From assembly GCA_965372715.1 (NCBI GenBank), contig CBDVDH010000031.1, forward strand, positions 1 to 42,530: a stretch of 42,530 bases of DNA, written 5' to 3'. Of this stretch, positions 1 to 7,461 are shown in pieces. Position 1 is the stretch's first letter. Each line of letters opens with the position of its first letter. The notes under the pieces were generated by a model. It did not search any database. It worked only from the letters and a program-made list of their open reading frames with translations, and was not told the origin of the DNA. The translations under genes and the position numbers were made by a program. This DNA is from an uncultured bacterium (GTDB taxonomy: Bacteria > B130-G9).

Positions 1-175
1 GGCTTTACTCGCTTATAGACCACGAGTTTGCCTTGCCTCGACCCCACATCACACACCTGAGGGATGGCTTGCACTAAATCCGGGTTACCTGCTCGGAAGC
101 GTTCGCCGCGCGGCGAAGAAAGCCGCACGTCCGGTTCTGTGAGGGTGAAAGCCAGTAATGGCTGAACTACTCGAC
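1..175 (+). mobile_element. 3' end of a group II intron (domains IV-VI); domain V appears damaged
   Basis: AAAGCCGCACGTCCGGTTCTGTGAGGG (119-145) matches the 3' half of DV and the linker. The DVI-like hairpin AGCCA-GTAA-TGGCT is followed by the typical ending CTACTCGAC (167-175). Confidence 0.8.
3..77 (+). CDS. C-terminal end of a group II intron reverse transcriptase/maturase (5'-truncated by the window edge)
   Basis: Frame 3 reads LYSLIDHEFALPRPHITHLRDGLH*. LPxPxIxH is a typical C-terminus of endonuclease-less bacterial intron-encoded proteins, and DV/DVI-like RNA follows immediately. Confidence 0.75.
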   Translation, partial: LYSLIDHEFALPRPHITHLRDGLH

Positions 176-334
176 GTGCGCCGCTTTCACTTGCCGCGGC
201 CTGACGCGGCGTGAGCACTGTTGGAGGACGTCCTATTCTCTGGATCACGGCTTCCAAGTTCAAAACAGATGTCCATCAGAGGGTGGTGTCGAGCCACCAC
301 CAATGAAAGCGGCGTCAAGCCGCCGCAGTCCAAA
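176..334. repeat. REP/BIME-like composite palindromic repeat (GGA[G/C]TGCGGCGG family), one end truncated by the intron
   Basis: The reverse complement starts TTTGGACTGCGGCGGCTTGACGCCGCTTTCATTGG and ends GCCGCGTCAGGCCGCGGC..AAAGCGGCG, matching both arms of the intact copy at 14504-14677. Confidence 0.8.
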
Positions 335-745
335 TCACCCATCGGGTGAAGACGCATCGCTACTGTATGCAACAAGAGAGGCCTCGTGAATGGCTCAGGC
401 GAGCTCAAGACGCGATGTCAGGGGCCATCAATCTGATTCTTGGGATCACGGTTCCGTCTTGACATTCGATGGTCATCAGTGCTTGATGGTGCAACCCGGG
501 GTGGTCTGTTGCCGGGGCATTGAATGGACTTTATCCTTCGCCACCCAAACGGGCTTCGTCGTCAGTTGGGATGTTCGGATAGCGTAGTAAGCGCCAAGGG
601 AAATCAGCAGCAGGCGTGGGTTTCGACCCATGGCTGAGATGAGACGAGAGCTCCTTAGCCGTGAAAGCGCTGAGTAACGTATGAAAACGACAGCAGGCCG
701 GCTTCGCTCAGCGATAGCCGTTCACGTCTGGCCGGATTGGGTGCG

Positions 746-1339
746 ATGACGCAGATTCTGCTCGTTGTATTCGCATATTTTCTGGGGTCGGTCTCGTTCG
801 GCTATCTTATTGGCCTGTTATCTGGCAAGGACGTCCGCGAGGTTGGCAGCGGCAACATCGGCGCGACCAACGTCATGCGAGCGGCGGGCAAGACGGCGGG
901 CATCATCACGCTCGTGCTCGACACGGCAAAGGGCTACGTGGCCGTCCTTTTGGCCGAAGGCTTCTCAGGGCCCGACGAATCACTCCCCCTGATATGCGGC
1001 GTCGCGGCCCTTTTTGGACACTGCTTCCCAGTCTTCCTGAAGTTCAGAGGCGGCAAGGGCGTCGCGACCGGCCTCGGTGTCTTTCTGCGCCTCGCCCCGT
1101 TCTACGTCATCTTCGCGCTGGGCGCGTTCCTGATCGTCCTCGCGATCACAAGGTTCGTATCGGCGGGCTCGATGGCCGCGGCGGCAACGATGCCAATCGC
1201 CCTTTGGATAGGAGGCGCCTCGTCCGAACGGGCCTTGCTGGCCGCAGCGATCGCCGCCCTCATTATCGTCAAGCACCACAAAAACATCGCCCGCCTCGTA
1301 AAGGGCGAGGAAAACAGGCTCGGCGCGAGGCGCGAGTAG
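746..1339 (+). CDS. plsY: glycerol-3-phosphate 1-O-acyltransferase PlsY
   Basis: AYFLGS, GSGNIGATNVMR, LDTAKG, GHCFPVFLKFRGGKGVAT and KHHKNIARL motifs; multi-pass membrane protein. ATG 746 (TTG 737 is an alternative start). Confidence 0.97.
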   Translation: MTQILLVVFAYFLGSVSFGYLIGLLSGKDVREVGSGNIGATNVMRAAGKTAGIITLVLDTAKGYVAVLLAEGFSGPDESLPLICGVAALFGHCFPVFLKFRGGKGVATGLGVFLRLAPFYVIFALGAFLIVLAITRFVSAGSMAAAATMPIALWIGGASSERALLAAAIAALIIVKHHKNIARLVKGEENRLGARRE

Positions 1340-1370
1340 AGGCGCCAGTCACCGAATCGTGGCCCATACC

Positions 1371-1504
1371 CTAGGGGCAGACCGCCGTGTCTGGCCTCGC
1401 GGCTTCATCGTTTGCCATCGTCTTGGGGCTGTAGGGGCGGCTCACGAGCCACCCTCTCCTGACGTCACGCAACATATCAAGGGCGGCTCGTGAGCCGCCC
1501 CTAC
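1371..1504. repeat. GTAG-type REP sequences (inverted pair plus a degenerate copy)
   Basis: GTAGGGGCGGCTCACGAGCCACCC (1431-1454) is inverted against GGGCGGCTCGTGAGCCGCCCCTAC (1481-1504). A related CTAGGGGCAGACCGCCGTGTCTGGCC starts at 1371. Confidence 0.8.
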
Positions 1505-1557
1505 AACGTCCTGCACCGAATCATGACCACCCCAATCCAATTGTCGTCGGATCAGGC

Positions 1558-1697
1558 TGGGTCAGTTTCTGACCCAACTGTCTGGCCGGCAGGGGTGGGT
1601 CAATAATTGACCCACCCCCTGAGATTCCGCTGATAAAAGGCGATCCCGTGGAATCACCGTGCCCGAAGCCCGTCGAAGTGGATCAAAATTGATCCAC
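1558..1697. repeat. three related short hairpins (GG[G/A]TCA-n5/7-TGA[C/T]CC core)
   Basis: TGGGTCAGTTTCTGACCCA (1558-1576), GGGGTGGGTCAATAATTGACCCACCCC (1592-1618), GTGGATCAAAATTGATCCAC (1678-1697). Confidence 0.7.
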
Positions 1698-1879
1698 CCT
1701 GCCCTCACCTCGCCGGGGCCAGAATCAGGCGCCTCGCGTGCGTAACGGCAGGCATATAGCCGCGCATACGCGCCTTAGCCGTAGATAAGCCACACGAATG
1801 GCACGAAATCTGGTTGAAATTATGGGTGTAATTGGCAAGAAACTGTTAATCTAATCGTGCAACATAGGAGGCGCAAAAA

Positions 1880-3391
1880 ATGCAGACCACAACACAACCG
1901 ACAAACTTCGCCTTATTCGTAGCCCTTCTCCTCATAGCCGCCCTGATGGGCCTCCTCGGCGCCTACCTCGCCGACGGCCAAGTCGTCGATGGGGACCTGA
2001 CGTATTGGGGCTATGATGAGACAGACGAGCTTTGTTTTAGCACCTGCTTGTTTGAGGCTATCGAGGGTCGAGGCATTGCAGCAGTAGGGCCAGAACAAGT
2101 CTCCACATTTGACGGAGAGGGTTGGAGTCACTTTGCAGATTCGTTTGTGGAGCTTTCAAATGCAGTTCAGGGACCCGACGGGAAGATATGGTTCCGGGAA
2201 ACACCACAAAACCGAATTGGGTGTGGGTTCTGGGATGAAAATGGCGACATGCATCACACACAGTTTGGGGGCGGACTCAGCCAAGATGGTTGGACGCTGG
2301 AGATGGAGCGTTGGCAGGGCAATTACTTTTTTATGTTCGGTGTGATCCCCCTCGGGGGGCGTGTTCGGGTATATGGCTACTGCAAGCCCTCTTGCAGCAA
2401 TATGGATGGGATAACTGGTTTTGATGGCCCGCCCTATCCGGAAAGCGATTATTGGGATTATTATCCCGTCTATGTCTGCCGGGTTTCCGGTGAGTATTTG
2501 ATCCTACTGTCATCGGGCCCGCCCAAAATTGCCCGCCCATATGCGCATGAAGAGAGTTGGATATTGGAGGATTTCCCTTCGCTACGTTTCTTTGGCGCAT
2601 GCGCCGGCGCTGACTCATATTTCTGGATAGAAGCACAGAAGCATAGGGGGATTAGTGGCCCCCTCGAACCAGTAGCGATGATACAGGTTGACGCGGTGAA
2701 TAGGACCGTCGAACAGATTCCGTGGCTGGATGGGATTCCTATCGCCTCGCTGGCATGGGATTGGCATGGCTTGTGGGTTTTCGGGGGCGGTTCATTCGGT
2801 GAGGATGAGCGGATGCCGTTAGGGGTGGCGTTCTGGTCCCTTCAGGATACAACTCCCGACGTTTTCCGGCTGTTGCCGGACCAGGCTGGATCCGACAGTG
2901 CCCGACCGGGCGGCGGGATTGGCCGCCTCATATACTACGGCATGGAGAGAATGGCCGTTGATGATGGACCTAGTCTTTGGTTTGCGACGGACAAGGCTGT
3001 CTGCCGATGGTCGCCGGACCCCGAGCTGATCCCGATGCCTTACGAGGCGCGGGTTGAGGCGCACGCGAAGGAGGGTGGAGCGGTCGAGGTAGAGATCGAG
3101 TTCGACAACCTGCGGATCATCCGTAACGACGCGACGCTTCACCTCAAGATCGAATTCCTCAGAGAGGGCGACACGGAGCCGATTCCGCAATTCGAGGCGT
3201 ATAGCATCCATCACGAGTTCCAGCCACAAGAGACATTCTACTACTCGTTCGAGTATGTTCCCGCCGCGCTGCCGTCTGTGGACAGGATTCGATATTCGGT
3301 CTATACCACATACATCGACGTCAACGCCCCTCCAACAGACGAAGACATCATCACCTCGAACGTCGCGATGGCGGAAGTGCAGCTGGATTAG
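1880..3391 (+). CDS. secreted/membrane-anchored hypothetical protein, probable beta-propeller-like centre and Ig-like C-terminal domain
   Basis: RBS GGAGG upstream; N-terminal hydrophobic signal; propeller-like motifs (GPDGKIWF, FDGEGW, DDGPSLWFAT); beta-rich C-terminus. Confidence 0.7.
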   Translation: MQTTTQPTNFALFVALLLIAALMGLLGAYLADGQVVDGDLTYWGYDETDELCFSTCLFEAIEGRGIAAVGPEQVSTFDGEGWSHFADSFVELSNAVQGPDGKIWFRETPQNRIGCGFWDENGDMHHTQFGGGLSQDGWTLEMERWQGNYFFMFGVIPLGGRVRVYGYCKPSCSNMDGITGFDGPPYPESDYWDYYPVYVCRVSGEYLILLSSGPPKIARPYAHEESWILEDFPSLRFFGACAGADSYFWIEAQKHRGISGPLEPVAMIQVDAVNRTVEQIPWLDGIPIASLAWDWHGLWVFGGGSFGEDERMPLGVAFWSLQDTTPDVFRLLPDQAGSDSARPGGGIGRLIYYGMERMAVDDGPSLWFATDKAVCRWSPDPELIPMPYEARVEAHAKEGGAVEVEIEFDNLRIIRNDATLHLKIEFLREGDTEPIPQFEAYSIHHEFQPQETFYYSFEYVPAALPSVDRIRYSVYTTYIDVNAPPTDEDIITSNVAMAEVQLD

Positions 3392-3553
3392 GACGGCAAT
3401 ACCAATCCTACCGTGGGCCACAGAAGATCGATAGCGACCAACCTACTCGCAGTCCGAGGCGACGCGAGTCCTGGGCTGAAATGCTAGGGCTGATGTGGAC
3501 AAACCCACTGCTCTTGGCTATTGTTCAGTATTGCAGGACGATTGCCCACAATA

Positions 3554-3844
3554 ATGCACGAGGACAACGTGGTGGCGGACAATAGCGCCGAGCATAATAT
3601 CGTTTACACTTTGCATGCTTTGGAGCAGATGCAGGAGCGAGGGACGACGAAGCGCGAAGTTGAGGTGGCGATAAGCAAAGGAGAGATGATACCGGCCAAG
3701 AAGGGCAGGGTTTCCTTTCGCCATAACTTCCGGTTTGATTCCAAGCGTGGAGGCAGGCATTATGAAGTGAAACAGGTAGTCCCCGTTGTCGTCCACGAAG
3801 AGGGAGAGATCGTGGTGATCACAGTGTATGTTTTCTATTTCTGA
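3554..3844 (+). CDS. DUF4258 family putative toxin (RelE/BrnT-like)
   Basis: YTLHALEQMQERG near the N-terminus and IVVITVY at the C-terminus; directly upstream of DUF2283. Start uncertain (ATG 3554 or GTG 3569/3572). Confidence 0.85.
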   Translation: MHEDNVVADNSAEHNIVYTLHALEQMQERGTTKREVEVAISKGEMIPAKKGRVSFRHNFRFDSKRGGRHYEVKQVVPVVVHEEGEIVVITVYVFYF

Positions 3845-3856
3845 AGGAGCAGGACG

Positions 3857-4078
3857 ATGAAAATAACTTACGATCCCCGTGCGGACGCGGTGTATTTTCG
3901 ATTTGTGGAGGGTCCGCGGGAGGTGACGACGCTTCGCCTCACCGAGGACGTGGCCATCAACTACGATCCGCAGGGCGGAGTTGTTGGACTGGAGATACTC
4001 TCCGCACGCGAGCATCTCAAGTTCAACGCTGGCGAGCCAGAGCTAGAAGTGGAAAACCTTCGCGTGGCCGGAAGATAG
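3857..4078 (+). CDS. DUF2283 family putative antitoxin
   Basis: MKITYDPRADAVYFRF...YDPQGGVVGLEILSA signature; RBS AAGGAG. Confidence 0.9.
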   Translation: MKITYDPRADAVYFRFVEGPREVTTLRLTEDVAINYDPQGGVVGLEILSAREHLKFNAGEPELEVENLRVAGR

Positions 4079-4177
4079 AGGTTATTATCCGAAAACCGGA
4101 CGGAGATGTAGCTGAGACATGGGTTGGGCAGTCATCCAAACGAACGAATAGCGTTGGTTTCGCGGAAGAAAAACCAG

Positions 4178-5104
4178 ATGACAGCTGAACGAGTGCGAGT
4201 GCCACCGATCAAGTGTCAGGGCATAAAGACGAAGCTCGTCAATTGGATAAAGCAGAATCTGCCGGAGAACGTTAATGGTACATACTTCGAGCCGTTCCTG
4301 GGTTCCGGTGTGGTCGCCTTCAACGTTCGACCGCAGAAGGCTCTTCTTTCAGATTCAAATCCGCACATAGTCGCGTTCTACGATCAGGTCCTGAAAGGAC
4401 GTATCACACCAGCGCTTGTATCGGAGTTCTTGAAGACCGAGGGGAGAAAACTCTCCGCGTCCGGGGCGGACTACTACTACGAAGTGAGGAAGAGATTCAA
4501 TGCCGGACAGGACCCACTGGACTTCCTCTTTCTCTCTCGGTGTTGCTTTAACGGTCTTATCAGATTCAACAAGGACAGATTGTATAATGTCCCTTTTGGC
4601 CACAAACCCAACAGGTTCAGCAGGTCATACATAACGAAGATATGCAATCAGGTGAAATGGGTCTCCCAATTGATAAGGCGAAATGACAACTGGACAATTG
4701 CGTGTATGGATTTCAGAGAGGCGTTATCGCAGGCTGGACCGGATGATTTTATCTATTGCGATCCGCCTTACGTTGGCAAACACGTGGACTACTTCGATTC
4801 TTGGTCCGAGGCGGATGAAATGGAGCTTAACGCAATTCTGAGAGGCTCAGAGGCAAGATTCATTCTCTCGACCTGGTATGAGAATAGATTCAGAAGGAAC
4901 AAGTGTGTCGATGATATTTGGTCTGATTTCCGAATGCTCACTAGAGAACACTTCTATCACGTGGGGCCTAAAGAGACCAATCGGAACTCAATGACGGAGG
5001 CCCTGATCCTCAACTACGAGCCGGTAGCCACGAGCAACCAGCGTGTCACGGAAGTCGGGCAGATGGAGCTATTTGAATCCCTCGCACCAGCCCACAGCAG
5101 CTGA
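4178..5104 (+). CDS. N6-adenine DNA methyltransferase, D12/Dam class, M.EcoRV-like
   Basis: PPIKCQGIKTKL, YFEPFLGSG (motif I), FNGLIRFN, NVPF, YCDPPY (motif IV), HVDYF and EHFYHVG closely resemble M.EcoRV as recalled; AT-richer than its neighbours. Confidence 0.92.
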   Translation: MTAERVRVPPIKCQGIKTKLVNWIKQNLPENVNGTYFEPFLGSGVVAFNVRPQKALLSDSNPHIVAFYDQVLKGRITPALVSEFLKTEGRKLSASGADYYYEVRKRFNAGQDPLDFLFLSRCCFNGLIRFNKDRLYNVPFGHKPNRFSRSYITKICNQVKWVSQLIRRNDNWTIACMDFREALSQAGPDDFIYCDPPYVGKHVDYFDSWSEADEMELNAILRGSEARFILSTWYENRFRRNKCVDDIWSDFRMLTREHFYHVGPKETNRNSMTEALILNYEPVATSNQRVTEVGQMELFESLAPAHSS

Positions 5105-5140
5105 GTTTCAATGCTGATTTCTCCCGGCCTGCTTCGCGCC

Positions 5141-5424
5141 TAGCCTGAGTTTCCTAGTTACTGAAAAGGTGTAGTTCAGATGAGGCTTTCAGAGCGGGAC
5201 TTGCATGCCGTTGGGTGTATTGCCCTGCGATGAGGTTGCCGGTGTGTTTACGTCCAGGGCGAGTCTGCTTTGTTTGGCTGAGATTCGGGTTATGGCGATG
5301 TGGTCTTTGTGGTTGGCCTTATAGAACGGGTAATAGACCAAGCAAGAAACCCAAGACCCCTCTGCGGGCCGGATTAGCACAGATAAGCGGACCGAAGAAT
5401 CAGCTAGAGCGGAAACTCAGGCTA
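5141..5424. mobile_element. MITE-like non-autonomous element (284 bp) with perfect terminal inverted repeats
   Basis: TAGCCTGAGTTTCC (5141-5154) and GGAAACTCAGGCTA (5411-5424) are exact 14-bp reverse complements; no credible internal ORF. Confidence 0.7.
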
Positions 5425-5443
5425 TGAGGCGGGTTCCGGTTGT

Positions 5444-6256
5444 CTATTCCAGCTCTTCAAGCTGCGCCTTGGCCAGTCGCGCCTCGCTGCAATCTGGGAA
5501 GCGCTTGGACACCTCGGTGAAGAATTCGGCGCCCTTTTGCGGCTCGTTAAGCCGCACGTGGCATATCCCGAGCCTCAGAAGCGTCTCCGGCGTTCTGTCG
5601 CTCTTGGGATAGTTGTCAAGTACTCGCGTGAACTCTGTTATGGCTTTCCTGTAATGCTTGGTCGCAAAGAACGATTCGCCAATCCAATACTGGGCGTCGT
5701 CCGCCGCGGAACTATTTGGATACGCGGCCAGGTAGTTTCTGAAGCCCATTACTGCGGACTCGTATTTGCTTCTGTTGTAGTCCTGCCTCGCTGCGGCGAA
5801 GATGCGCTTTCGTGACTTTTTCTCGGTCTTTCTGGAGCCCTTGCTGGGTAGGCTGCTGATGATGTCCTCGAGGTCGAGCACCGCCGAACGCAGGGCCTCT
5901 TGCCGCTGGGAGAGGTCCTCGAACGTCATAAGGAGCTCGTTGAGGCGCTGGGCCAGCTCCTTGAGCTCCTGCGTTGTGGCGGCGTTCTTGGCTCGCATCT
6001 GATCCGACATCTTATCGACCTTCTGGCGGAGCAATTCGAGATTTGTTCTCATTTGCTCCTGATCCCTCTTGATGTCGATGGTGAGCAAGTTCGTCTCGTC
6101 GGTCTTGGCGCTCAGCGCCCGCATCTTGTTGGTTGGCGCGCACGAGGCCATTCCCACACACAAAGCAAGAAGCAGAAGGAACCTCGCAAGGAGCCTGAGT
6201 CCTTGTTTACTCGTCGTGATACTCCTTTGCATTACAGTCACCTGCGGCCGCGCCAT
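5444..6256 (-). CDS. cpoB: Tol-Pal system protein CpoB/YbgF (lipoprotein, coiled coil + TPR)
   Basis: Lipobox-like GMASC, coiled coil, TPR with YPNSSAADDAQYWIGESFF and YPKSDRTPETLLRLG; downstream of pal. Confidence 0.92.
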   Translation of the reverse strand: MARPQVTVMQRSITTSKQGLRLLARFLLLLALCVGMASCAPTNKMRALSAKTDETNLLTIDIKRDQEQMRTNLELLRQKVDKMSDQMRAKNAATTQELKELAQRLNELLMTFEDLSQRQEALRSAVLDLEDIISSLPSKGSRKTEKKSRKRIFAAARQDYNRSKYESAVMGFRNYLAAYPNSSAADDAQYWIGESFFATKHYRKAITEFTRVLDNYPKSDRTPETLLRLGICHVRLNEPQKGAEFFTEVSKRFPDCSEARLAKAQLEELE

Positions 6257-6284
6257 TTTCGACTTGCCCAGAGAGCTTCAGCAA

Positions 6285-6842
6285 CTAGAGAAGAACCACA
6301 AAATGCGCTCTGCGGTTCTTGGCCCACGCCGCCTCGTTGTGGCCACGCGCGAGCGGCATTTCCTCACCGTAGCTCAACGTGCTTATTCGGTGTGGTTCAA
6401 CTCCCATCTCAATCATGTAGTTCTTTGCCGCCTTTGCACGCCGTTCACCCAGAGCGAGGTTATACTCATTGCTGCCTCGCTCGTCGCAGTGGCCCTCGAT
6501 AATGAGCGAAAGTTCAGGTCGATCGAACATGAGGCAAGCGATTTGGGTGAGAATGGGCCGCGACCGGCTTTTGAGCTCATATCTATCGAAGTCGAAGTTG
6601 ATGTCCTCAAACTCGATGGGATCGGCCTCGGCTGGTTCCGTCTCCGGGGCCGGCGCCGGTTTGACCTCCTCCACCTGTGGTTCAGGGGCCGGCTCTTGAG
6701 CGGGTTGAACCTCGGCCTGCTGTGCCTGCTGCTGGTCTTTTGCGGCCTGTTCCTTAACCCCGGGGCCACATGCACAGAAGCTCAGCAACGTCGCCGTAAT
6801 CGCGACAAGCGTTACCAATACGCGGATCATCTGTCTTTGCAT
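6285..6842 (-). CDS. pal: peptidoglycan-associated lipoprotein Pal (OmpA_C-like)
   Basis: INFDFDRY, IEGHCDERGSNEYNLALGERRA, SYGEE, AWAKNRRAHF; signal peptide with Cys; Pro/Glu-rich linker. Exact start uncertain. Confidence 0.96.
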   Translation of the reverse strand: MQRQMIRVLVTLVAITATLLSFCACGPGVKEQAAKDQQQAQQAEVQPAQEPAPEPQVEEVKPAPAPETEPAEADPIEFEDINFDFDRYELKSRSRPILTQIACLMFDRPELSLIIEGHCDERGSNEYNLALGERRAKAAKNYMIEMGVEPHRISTLSYGEEMPLARGHNEAAWAKNRRAHFVVLL

Positions 6843-6894
6843 TTCAACACCCAATCCTCAATTGAAGTTCTTATTCAAGGATACGACGCCGCCC

Positions 6895-6923
6895 ATCGTA
6901 GTAACATCGCGCCACCGGGTCAA
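6895..6923 (-). promoter_or_regulatory. putative sigma70 promoter for pal-cpoB
   Basis: Minus strand TTGACC-N17-TACGAT, about 50 nt upstream of pal. Confidence 0.5.
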
Positions 6924-7249
6924 GCACAAGCTCAAGCGTTATTCTCTCCCCAATAACCGGACTGGGATGTTCTCGTGGTTCTTATTGCACCCCGTTGCAC
7001 TTGCAATCGGCGGAACAGGTTCATAAACAACCAATTACAGGAATTACCGACGAGCTGAAAAAGATGACAAGACGCAGATCAAGCTGCGTCCTTCAAAGGC
7101 ACTTCCCCTCCCTAACCAGCCTGACCCCACTGATAATCCCTTGATCGCCGCCCCTCATACCAATCTGATCATAGCGGAAGGCGTGGCGGACGTGGTGCGG
7201 GGAGGCGCAGACGCGCGGCCGGTGCCGCGCTCGTCTAGTCAACTCCTAC

Positions 7250-7282
7250 AAAAAAGCAAGGGGCAGAAACGCTCCGCCCCTT
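7250..7282 (-). terminator. rho-independent terminator after the 39-aa peptide gene
   Basis: Minus strand AAGGGGCGGA-GCGTT-TCTGCCCCTT stem-loop followed by GCTTTTTT. Confidence 0.8.
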
Positions 7283-7324
7283 CGTGAAGCCGCGCTCTGA
7301 CGCGGTCGGTATCAACCTATGACG

Positions 7325-7444
7325 TCAGCATTTCACTGAACCGCCGAAGCCCGTGCAAGAGAGACTTGGCCCAAGAGCAGTCACCAGCGCCTCGGCGTCA
7401 AGCGTCAGAACTCTCGGCGACTCGTAAACCTCATTCGTCTTCAT
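7325..7444 (-). CDS. 39-aa RiPP-precursor-like peptide (MKTNEVYESPRVLTLDAEALVTALGPSLSCTGFGGSVKC)
   Basis: ATG 17 nt after the upstream gene's stop, with GGAG 6 nt before it; YxxPxV leader-like motif; Gly/Ser/Cys-rich C-terminus; terminator about 40 nt downstream. Confidence 0.7.
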   Translation of the reverse strand: MKTNEVYESPRVLTLDAEALVTALGPSLSCTGFGGSVKC

Positions 7445-7461
7445 TGTTATCTCCATTGTAT

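Noticed and set aside
176-185. GTGCG right after the intron end, resembling the 5' end of a second group II intron
   Set aside because: The following sequence aligns with the REP composite at 14504-14677 and no intron domains follow.
187-587. Short ORFs 187-408 and 390-587 (also 14505-14720, 10454-10732, 10477-10689)
   Set aside because: They are translations of palindromic repeat or intergenic DNA with no protein motifs; the shared CGGLTPL peptide simply reflects the REP.
1558-1697. Possible mini-CRISPR array
   Set aside because: The hairpins differ in sequence and length, spacing is irregular, and there are no cas genes.
1800-1850. Sigma54-like TGGCACG / TGGCAAG upstream of the 1880 gene
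   Set aside because: The -12 TTGC element is missing at the required spacing.
5900-6956. Long plus-strand ORFs (200 and 295 aa) and other antisense ORFs across the window
   Set aside because: They are shadows of well-supported opposite-strand genes in GC-rich DNA and have no recognisable motifs.
7325-7444. Classical lasso peptide precursor, with the PP-loop gene at 24636 as cyclase
   Set aside because: The core has no Asp/Glu ring acceptor, and the PP-loop protein is 17 kb away and far shorter than asparagine-synthetase-like lasso cyclases.
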